Shown here one piece after another: positions 13,366 through 23,500 of a DNA stretch of 64,000 bases. The notes below the pieces were generated by a model. It was not told the origin of the DNA. It did not search any database and saw only the letters and a list, made by a program, of their open reading frames with translations. The stretch's first letter is position 1, and every line of letters begins with the position of its first letter. This stretch comes from Antedon mediterranea (taxonomy: Eukaryota > Animalia > Echinodermata). The stretch lies in contig NC_092677.1 of the NCBI RefSeq assembly GCF_964355755.1, forward strand, positions 4,052,101 through 4,116,100, written 5' to 3'. Made by a program: the position numbers and the translations under genes.

Positions 13366-15302
13366 CATCAATTCATACGTCGTACATAATATGGAACATG
13401 CATGCACTTTTATACTTTGTGGGGTGATGAGAGTGGGACGCTACTGTAAGTTAATATTTTTTATTTATTGACATACAGTAATTTAATTAGCTATATCGAT
13501 GGAATAATAGTAGATTAGGCTTATATATACACATTTGCAGCCTTCACTATTTATAGAATAAATCAGCATTAAATAAGCCAGTGGGTAAATCTTTATGGAA
13601 TTCATTCAAAAGGAAAGCAATATGCTTAACATTGAATGTGAAAGATATAACAATAAAGAAACAAGTATAGAAAAATGGGTAGCTTTAAGAAATACTATTA
13701 TGTTAATATAAATTCTAATTTGCTCGATTATCAGAAAAGGAATTCACTGTGATATGAGTTACAGGTGGTGCTGATCTGATTTAATTCGTTTTATCTTTAA
13801 TTCGTTTTATCTTGTATATAAATACATTGTATAATCCGGGTTGTAAAATTAAAACAAACAATTGAAAATCTCACAAATTCTTTATGTGTAAAATATTTTA
13901 AAACGAAGAACATTAATGAAAATAGGAGGCAATACGGAATTCATAAATGTAAAAATGTTACTGATGAATTGTAACGACATTGGGAATTAACAAATGTGTT
14001 AAATAATATGATTTTATGTAATGACATGAGATAATATATGAATGTGGATAAAAGTGGTGTTTGCGCCACAAAAGAGAAAAAAAAAGCTATCGATGGAATG
14101 GTGGGTACGAAATCCATGATAATTTAGTTACTTATCTAAAATAAATTCGACGGGAACCTGATTTTACAAGAGGACCTCTTATATGAGTTTGTGAGGACTC
14201 CGTTTATAGAGGACATCTTAATATCTATTCTAAAGACTCCTTAATATCAGTTCTAGAATTAACCTTAATTCAATTCAAATAGATCAGTTCTTTTCTAATG
14301 AAGAATCTGGGCAATTTACAATCAAGCAACAACACCACATAATTCTACGTGAATTCTGCTGTACGTGAGCTAGCCTTAATAATACCGCCTGATTACGGTA
14401 TATAGGCCTACAGTATTATGACGACGCATTCTACCGATATTAAAACAAAATGAAAATATTAAATTGGCTTCGTCGAAATGTTGTACCTTGATAGACAGAC
14501 CCCCAAGCAGACAGCCCACATTACTGTACAGACAATCTGCACTGCAGCACAATCTATTGGTTTTAACTGTACACGCGGTGATTCAACTAAAAGCAGTAAA
14601 AACACACAAGGCGTATCATATAATTTGCGGACCATGACCGAAGCACTTCCGCTTTGATCTATTCGACGAAAATCAAAAAAGGATAACTATTTTCTGCTTT
14701 ATATTTAATTTAATGTAATTACTAATAGCTTGATCTAATAACAGGCGTAACAACACAGAATACATATTGTAGTTTAATACTGGCTTAAATATGTTTGTTT
14801 TATATAAACTGTATTTTACAAAATTACAATAGAACTTCATTTTGCAATAGTACCTAATTTGGCGCCTTAGACGCCAAATTAAGTGCGGTACCTCATTTGG
14901 CAGTGGTACCTCATTTGGCGTGACAGGCCTCTCTCAAGTCCTCAGTCTACCGATTGAATCCTATTCTATTCTAAACACAAACTCGAGCGTAAAGAGGCCC
15001 TCTACATATTTGTGGAGAAATGAATGGAGAGAGAAAGGGAAATTAATGAAATTGAATGTACAAATTCTGAAAAATACAAGCTCAACGAACATTATTTTAC
15101 TTCTCAGGTCGGTCTAGCCTAGGTCTATATATTTCTTTTTTCATTTTTATTTTATTTTTGTTTAATGAATGATTGCGAGCCAATTACTATTTATATTTAG
15201 CAAATAGTCTAGTAAGACACCAATGGCATCCCATACATATTGGTTATTTCACGCTCGAGTTTTTCACGCTCGTCAAAAAAACCGACAAAATTCAACCTGC
15301 AA

Positions 15303-15798
15303 ATGATGCAAAACCTTAGCTTCGGAAAGGTAGCGATTGGTAGAATCTTATATAATAAGTTGTCGAGTACATTTGCTTTCAGATGTGGCATTTCTAGTTT
15401 TGATCCAAAGATTCTAGATACAATCGCCTGTCCATTAAGTAAAGAAAAGCTAAGGTAGGTCGGATGAAAAATGTGTCAGGGGGTTGTGAAAGCTATCGCA
15501 TGGCTGGTGTCTCTCTGGTGGTGGGTTAGATAAATTCAGTAAGAGGCCTAGGATATTGGAAGTTATGAAACGCCAAATACGCCTTTAAGCACGGTATAAA
15601 ACAATTTATATAAAATAAAAGCATTTAAAAATATCACATCTTTTTATTTCCAGATATGATCCTGTCAATGATGAGCTGATTAATGATAAACTTGGTGTCT
15701 CGTATAAAATTACCAATGGAATCCCAAACTTAATTCCGAGTGATGGAAAAGTTATCAAGGAAAAAGAAAATTCAAATAATAATATGAAAGAAACATAA
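15303..15798 (+). CDS. PYURF: PYURF / PreY (mitochondrial Trm112-like methyltransferase chaperone), 2 exons, 98 aa
   Basis: Exon 1 15303-15454 (MMQNLSFGKVAIGRILYNKLSSTFAFRCGISSFDPKILDTIACPLSKEKL, AG|GTAGGT) plus exon 2 15654-15798 (CAG|, RYDPVNDELINDKLGVSYKITNGIPNLIPSDGKVIKEKENSNNNMKET*). Matches the PreY pattern FD..L..LVCPLSK..LRY....ELIN..LG..Y.I..GIPNMIP. The basic, acid-free N-terminus resembles a mitochondrial presequence. Confidence 0.92.
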
Positions 15799-15830
15799 CA
15801 ATACATTCTATCGGAACAAATTTGTTTTAG

Positions 15831-15931
15831 GTACGTGTATAGGCCAGCCAACTATATCCGGATTATTTTACATCCATATATTCCTAAACAACATGATTTT
15901 ATTTAATTAACATGTTTATTATTTTCTATAG
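15831..15931 (+). other. Predicted 101-bp intron in the PYURF-MVK intercistronic spacer
   Basis: Donor TAG|GTACGT 32 nt after the PYURF stop; pyrimidine-rich acceptor TTTATTATTTTCTATAG| 15 nt before the MVK ATG. Confidence 0.7.
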
Positions 15932-15946
15932 GGAAATGAAGATTTA

Positions 15947-17110
15947 ATGATGGAGGAAAAGACAGAAGAGATTTGCGTAAGCTCCCCAGGTAAAGCGATC
16001 TTGTTCGGGGAGCATGCTGTGGTGTATGACAAGCCAGCATTAGCAGCAAGTTTAGATATGTGTACATTTGTACGCGCTAAGATTAGCAAAGGCAACGATG
16101 TCCATCTTAAACTCGTAGATTTTAACAAGACATTCAAATGGCCAATCAAACAAATAACAGAGACGTTGTATCAACCCTCAGGAGGTGGTGATGTGAAGAA
16201 TGTACCAGATTTGTCGGTGGAAGACATCGAGTGTTTATGGTCAAAAGTTAAATCCTCGTTTCCATCTGATTATGATAATACAGCCGTATTAGTATTTCTT
16301 TATCTATATTCATCGATAGTGTGTTCAAATGAACCTCTCCCATTGGACGTTGAAGTTGCATCGTGTCTTCCTATTGGTGCAGGTCTTGGATCGTCTGCGT
16401 CGTATACAACGTGTCTTTCTGCAACTATGCTAACCGCCGTAAAAGCAATCAAAGAATTTAGTAATACCGATCTTGACCTGGTGAACCGATGGGCGTTTTC
16501 AGCCGAACGGATCCTACACGGGAACCCATCCGGCGTTGATAATTCAGTCAGTGTGTTTGGCGGGTTGATTAAATACCAATCTGGTGTAATAACTCGCGTA
16601 AAATGTCCAACTACTTTAGAAATTATTCTTATTAACACTAAAGTTCAACGAGAAACGAAAAAATTAGTTGAGAAAGTGCGAAAACGAAACATAGAATGGC
16701 CAAAGGTTATTCAACCTGTATTGGATGGTATTGGTGCTATTATTGAATCAGTGGAGAATATCTTTCAGGATGTTTCTCGCATTAATATCGATAAATTAAA
16801 TGAACTTGTCCATATAAACCAGGGACTGTTATGTGCACTCGGCGTATCGCATCCTAAACTCAATGAAATTTGTCAGCTAGCTGCTGAATGTGGTTTTAGT
16901 GCTAAACTCACAGGTGCTGGGGGTGGAGGAGGTGCTTTTTGCTTTGTACCCACTAGCTGTTCAAAGTCAGAAGATTTTATGAGCAAGTTAGAGGGTAGGG
17001 GATTTAGTTGCTGGAAAACAAAGGTTGGAGGACCAGGTGTTTTACTTCATCAAAACATTGATGAATTTAGAAAAACTAGAAATAACATACCAGAACATTT
17101 TGCCCAGTAA
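15947..17110 (+). CDS. MVK: Mevalonate kinase (GHMP kinase family), single coding exon, 387 aa
   Basis: Uninterrupted ORF with SPGKAILFGEHAVVY, LPIGAGLGSSA (ATP-binding motif), HGNPSGVDN (catalytic Asp), NQGLLCALGVSHP and KLTGAGGGG. Confidence 0.97.
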   Translation: MMEEKTEEICVSSPGKAILFGEHAVVYDKPALAASLDMCTFVRAKISKGNDVHLKLVDFNKTFKWPIKQITETLYQPSGGGDVKNVPDLSVEDIECLWSKVKSSFPSDYDNTAVLVFLYLYSSIVCSNEPLPLDVEVASCLPIGAGLGSSASYTTCLSATMLTAVKAIKEFSNTDLDLVNRWAFSAERILHGNPSGVDNSVSVFGGLIKYQSGVITRVKCPTTLEIILINTKVQRETKKLVEKVRKRNIEWPKVIQPVLDGIGAIIESVENIFQDVSRINIDKLNELVHINQGLLCALGVSHPKLNEICQLAAECGFSAKLTGAGGGGGAFCFVPTSCSKSEDFMSKLEGRGFSCWKTKVGGPGVLLHQNIDEFRKTRNNIPEHFAQ

Positions 17111-17118
17111 CAAACCTG

Positions 17119-17124
17119 AATAAA
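17119..17124 (+). promoter_or_regulatory. Candidate poly(A) signal for the (PYURF-)MVK transcript
   Basis: AATAAA 8 nt after the MVK stop; a more distal site is possible. Confidence 0.4.
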
Positions 17125-17589
17125 TCAATTAACAAATTTTCTGAACAAATTGTCCACTTTTCTTCCTATGCCTAAAAGAGCACCATTTACATATTCGTAA
17201 AATCTTGTACGTGTATGTAGATTAACAAAATTAACGTATAGATATAGTCTAAAGTAATTTTATTACCATCGGTATAAAAAAAACCATTATTTACATACAA
17301 TACTTTGACACAGGGATGTGGAAATATTCTTTTGGGGAATTAATTTGATTTAGACATAATTTCAATTGTATATCTAAGTTATAAGTGACTGTTTGGTGTG
17401 AAAAGTGATAGCTAAATGAAATATAAGATATAGTATTAGTGGTAGACCTCTCTTAAATTTCTAGGATTTTCTTCCTATTTGTGGTCGGTTATTTGTAAAC
17501 AATAGCGAGTTCAATAACAAAATGTAACTTTGCTGGGCAACGCTGTGTACTTCAGAAGTATCAAAATAAATTTGTCAATTTGTTTTTTC

Positions 17590-20500
17590 TCAAAAATGTG
17601 TTGTTTGCCGTTCAACATCCATTATATCATCAAGAATCTGAAAAAAGAAAAAAAAAACCCAAATCATCAAAGACTGCTTGAAAACCTCTATTCTATAAAC
17701 TAATCAATATTTTCTTTAGCAAAAACAGCTGGTGGCCTTTTGTGTTTGTGGAAATAAAAAAAAAAAAACTCCTATCTTTTGCAAACGTTCTGAACGAGTT
17801 TTATTTACCTGGTCTACGGTTGTACCAATACGTCTTGCCAGCTCGTTTCGTTCAACGACGCTGAGGTAGTTGAAATGCCACAGTAAATCACCATCCACAA
17901 TATTCTTACTTGGGTTAATCAGCATTTTTTCATTGTACTTTATATGTCTGTAACAATACAACGTGCCATTGTAAACTCTATTTTTTCAATAGCATTATAT
18001 ATATATATATATATATTAGGCCTATATATTTTATTATTTAAAGATTTGGTGCAATGCTTATTCTATCAAACTTCACTGTATATGCCCTAACAACAGAATG
18101 ACCAAGGCCTCTAATAATAGGATGCCAAGTTCCGGAGATCAAAGGGTTTATCTGTGGCTGCGACATGATCAGTTCCACGCCCCTTAACAGACACTGCACG
18201 GCGGAGATTAGTACAGTACTGTATTTGTCGCAGCCAGCCAGACACAAGATCAAAGGACTGTTAATTTGGCACTTATGGGAGAAGCATGTTTTTGTTTGTT
18301 GCTAATAACTATCATAATCATTTATTTAGTATGGTTTTTCTTTTTGGAATTTCTATGTCCGGTTTACCTATATGCCTTTGGGTTCAGTCCAGCTACGTGG
18401 GGATAACTCGTCGTCAACACGTTCTGCAACATCAACATTCGGCGGTACGTTTTCTCAGATACAGGCACAAGAAAACCCATGGCTCCATCCAGTGTAGCTG
18501 TGAACAATATTACATTTCTATACATTAATATTTCAATAATAACTCTGAAGAAAATTTTATTAATTCTTATGGATGTTTTCACAGTATATGGATGTTTACC
18601 ACACATTACAATTTTTTACAATGTCACCCACATCTGTAATACAATAAAAATTATAAATATTCTTATAATAAGTTTAATGAAACGACCAATGATTTGCAGA
18701 AAAGGTACGGTATGAATTGCTTCCTTACCAAAATATGTTACATGTCTTCTCTCTGATGGGCCTGACATAAGTTTATCACTAGCTGGGTCCTGTCTCTTAC
18801 AGCGCACTCGAACAAAAGTGTTGACCCGACCTCCGATGTTGATGTCGCATCTGCGGAGAAGACGGGTGCCACCATAGCTCTCTGGTGCTACAGTGCAGAT
18901 AAATGTAATTATTAAAGCTTTAATGTATCTTAAATTACATTTGAAAAAGTGGAAAAGAGCGAATTCAGATTATCCTTGGGATTTGGTCTATTCTCAATCT
19001 TGGTTATTGCCTACAGAATCTCCTATGATATGTAAATACACCACTGTACTATATGTCCATGGTTTTGCCAAAAAAGGTCTTTAATTAGGAACACTTTCTG
19101 ATTACAAAGACTTAAGCCCTGTCTAAACTATCAAACTTTATATGATGTGGCCATATATGGACATGATGGTGTCATATCACTACCTTTTTTTAGTATATCA
19201 CTACCATATTTGGGCACATCACACTTTTTTGATAGTGTGGACAGAGCTTAAGAAGACAATACATACCTTCTGGTTGGTAATGATAGATAATGAGATTCTT
19301 GTCAGCATCAGAAACTACAAAGAGAAAATATTGTTACTTATACTGCAGTTACTGCAGTAATTAAATTTTGGTTACTGTGTTTATACAAACATTTAAAAAG
19401 CTTAATATATGAGCATGTAGATGTCCTACTAAATATGTAAGCTCTGTCTACACCAACTTTGTGACAAACAAATTTGCCCATATATGGACATGATGTCATA
19501 TCACTACCATATTTGGTAGTTTGATAGTGTAGACAGAGCTTAAGAGTTTAATATTTAGAAGTAAAATAAATGTAAGCTTACCTAGGAATGTTAATTGTTT
19601 ATCATCAATCATAAACTCGGCACTGTATATTCTTAAAGGTTTCGTGTCCTGAAAATGATTAAAATTAATAATATTGAAAAAATAACAAAATTGATAATTA
19701 ATCTTAATTAGTAACTGTGAAGTAGTTATTATTTAACAAGTTATAACAAAAATATGCATGTTATAATATTTATTAATTTATTTTGAATTTCATATGCATC
19801 CAACAGTGAGCCAAAACTCGCCAATTACAGGATGGATAAACTATTTTATAATTTATCGTGGTTATAAACTAAGTCTCGTTTGAGGCTTAGGGAGGGGAGT
19901 TGAAAGAGACGCGAGTTACAACCCTGGGACTAGGTCAGGATTGAACCCTGGACCTTTGAATTGGAAGGCAAGCACGATAACCACCAAGCTACAGCTCCAC
20001 TACATAAATGTCTACAACCTACCCTGCTAACAAGAGCAAGTGTTCTGTCTTCTTCTTGATACTGAAGGAGGAACAGACTATTTGTGATGTCAGCAATGAT
20101 GACAAAGTTCTTAATGCTAAGAGCCTTGTGTATGTATACCTGGGTGTCGATAAAGGCTAGGCCTATCAAGTCGTTATCTTTGAATGTCCATAGGTAAATC
20201 TATACAAGAACCAGAAAAAAACTTATATAAAGCTTAGTCTACACAAAATGTTATGCGACAAAAATGTGATGTGCCCATCTTAAACCTTCCAATGGATTGA
20301 TTTTAAATAAGAAAGTTGTCTGTGTGGGTCAAAAATTCTGCAATTTACAAGTAGTAATAATGTACTTTCTAGATTAAAGTTAGAATTTATTCATTCTTAC
20401 CTTCTGTCCAATGCAGGATAGGAGGAAGCCACAGACATCGCATATACAACTCACAGGACCTTTTTGCTCTTTCTCGTACAGTGTCTATGAATATAGATAA

Positions 20501-23500
20501 TATTAGTATTAATTTTTTTTTTTTACTTCTGACCAACTGACTGCCTTTTCAATTGATGTTGTGTTTGGGTAACAACGTTTTTTATGCCTAATATTAAGTA
20601 ATTAAATTTAAATTTTATTTAATTCTTTGCCATTTAAAAAATATTATAACCAAATCAAGTTGACTTTTATCTTACCTTTATTTTGTTTTTGGTGAGTGGT
20701 TGACCTGGTTCTGGTACAACTTCAATAATATCGTAAATAAATATCTGCAAAGTCGAAAACCATTTTGATTTTTAAATGCAACAGTAATGTAATATTTAAT
20801 CTGATAGATTCAACATTATATGTTTGTTAATGTTATTTGGTAAAAAAACAAAAAACAAAAATAGGCGGTTCTTCTTACCCTTCCTCTACATTGAATATCC
20901 TCATTGTAAACAAAAGTTGATGTCATGACGATGTAGTCTTTCTTTCCAGACACAGTTCCTTCGCAATTTAAGCTAACTGCTTTCAGGCAAGTCACATGCT
21001 CATACTCTTCCAATTGGATTCTTATTAAAATTATATTAAAAAAATTAAATATTGAAAAAAAAGTTACTTTCTGTAAATGTATGCAGTAAAATCCTATTAA
21101 AGTAACACCTCTATTAGGGGGACACATTCTGATGAAGAATTAGGGAGCATATATATTTTAACACTTCGCCAAGCCCTATTCAGAGGACACTTTTGTCATA
21201 ATACTTACTTTGTGTTTGGAATTGGTTCCCAGCTTAAAGGTGAAAACAACTGAATGGTGAAATAATCTTTTGTAGGGTAGACAAATCGATCATCTAAAAG
21301 AAAACATCACATATTAGGAATAAATAAAATTCATTTTAAACCTCATTTTTGATCAGATATTTTCCAGCATTGTTACTAACCTCTTTCTGCAACCACAACA
21401 TCCCGTTCATCATTTGTAATGACAACCATCTTGTCTGTGGTTTCAAGTGTACTGGTTACAACTGCATATGTCTATAAAAAAACAATAATTTATGAATATC
21501 ACACTACTACTGTACCATACACGCTAACGCTCTGTCTACACTATTAAACTTTATGTGACAGAAAACATACCTTGCTTTCGATGTGGTAGGCCAAGAAATT
21601 CGGTGTACACCTTAATGGTACCTTGCGCACAGGCCATGGCGCATCGTATGACAGATGAGACGGTAATACACATATCCTCAGGTCACCCTAGAAAAATTAG
21701 TCAATTATACATTTTACTAAGAGTGAGTGGCCGAGCGGTTTAGACAGTGGAACCGTAATCACGTAGCCATAACATCGGCAGGGGTTCGAGGCTCACTCAC
21801 TCCATGGTTCTGGTGGTAGAACGAGTCTTCTCGGATAAGGACTATAAACCGTAGGTCCAGTGTACACAACTTGCTCGTGTGCACTTTAAAGAACCTAGTA
21901 CATCTTTCGAGATGAGTAGGGGGTTACCCCGGTGTATTAGTACATCACAGCCACTGATCACCAACTGGGCCCTCTGGGAGATCAGTCTTTGACTGAAGAG
22001 GTTACCCAGTATAAAGATAAAACAAACAAAACAAACTTAAAAACAAACATTTTGATGTACATACTCTAAACATCTTAATTATTATGGTTCAAATTTTCAG
22101 AAAGTGAAATTTTTTTTTATACCTGTTTGTTAAAATACAAAAACCCCTTGGGGCAATTAATGTTATTGAAATCTGCGAAGCAAGTAACAGCGCCATCAAC
22201 AGGCATGGGATGCATTCGCAGTGATCCACGAGCCGTGACAAACAACCAGTATGGATAAGGTCCACAGATGAACACCTGTAAAAAACAAAATATTTAAATA
22301 AGCAAAATATTTAATACAGTAGTATAATTTTGAAAATTGTTAAATATTGTGGGTTATGATCAGGGACTGAACCTCAATGGAGATACACATTTTTATGTTA
22401 AATCTTTATGTTTATATTAAATAATATAAAAAATGTTAATGTTAATCTTAATTATTAGTTTCAATCAATACAAACTTACCCCCGAATAAGATGAAGAAGA
22501 AACCCCAGCAAATGTCCTCAACCTGTTGGCTCTTCTCTGTTTTACTACTGGTTCCTCCTCTTCTTGTGCCTTTTCTTTCTGTCTACTCTTTCTTGCCTTT
22601 TTCTCCTTCATCATCATTGAGTGAGGAATCTTCCAATTAAAAAGGTAATAAACTTTTAATATTATGTAAATATAATTACACACATATTCTTACATACAAT
22701 ATTGCATACTTGTATATCAATTCCATGGGTTTGAATACTCCTATCGCAGGAGAAATTTTTACTTCATGGTTTAAAAGGGTGTGTCCAGGGTCCAGAAAGT
22801 GGGCAAGAGAAATCTATGACCATTATCAGGTGACTAAAGATAGAACATAATAATACTTCTGAATTGAGGTGAAAAAAAACCCAATTTGTGATGAACTCTT
22901 ACCTTCTTAAACCTGACCTTTAACCTGTCTTGATCTGAATGTACAGCGTAAATGAAGGCTTCGTATATTATCAGATCATCATCAACAATTGCCTACAAAA
23001 CGAGCAGAATTTGTATTAAATTATTCATTTTAACAAAAATTGATGAACAAACTTCTGTGTGCGGATACAAAATAGAAGGTTAACACGGAACACAAAGCTC
23101 TGTCTACACTATCAAACTTTATGTGATGTGCTCATATATGGACTTGATGTCATATCACTACAATATTTATTTGGGCACATCACACTTTTCTTTTTTCAAA
23201 CTAGTTTGATAGTGTAGACCGAGCTTAAGACTTACAAACAAGTATGGCCGACTGTTACCCTTGCCTAGGCCAGTTATCATAATCTCTTTCACCACCGGTA
23301 ACATCTGATGTTGCTGCTGTTGTGTCTGCTCACTATAAAGTGGGTAAAACAAAACGCATCAATCATTGCTGAATACAAGCAAAGGAATATTCCACCTCAG
23401 AGTGGCTTTTAAAATGGGTTTACTACTTTTTTGGAGGGAGAGGGTTTCACAGAGTACAGTAGAACCTGTGTTTTACGTACCCTGATTTTACGTTCCCTCG

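Larger units (their letters stand above)
11496..14925. mobile_element. Non-autonomous DNA element with TGT...ACA termini, subterminal CCAAATGAGG repeats and a 5-bp TSD (Ginger/TDD-like by inference)
   Basis: Left end GGCCT|TGTAACGCCAAATGAAGTGACATTGCCAAATGAGG; right end CCTCATTTGGCAGTGGTACCTCATTTGGCGTGACA|GGCCT. TSD GGCCT at 11491-11495 and 14926-14930. No long ORF inside. Confidence 0.75.

Noticed and set aside
15796-15949. PYURF-MVK fusion protein by stop-codon readthrough
   Set aside because: After splicing 15830^15932 the PYURF frame meets a second TAA at 15945-15947 and is out of frame with MVK.
16300-16638. Antisense ORFs over MVK and PYURF (also 15606-15851 and 15919-16149)
   Set aside because: Shadow frames of real genes with no recognisable motifs.
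303-17110. Functional SAM/sulfur cluster of CBS plus PYURF
   Set aside because: The genes are separated by VPS26C and about 15 kb on opposite strands; nothing in the sequence supports co-regulation.
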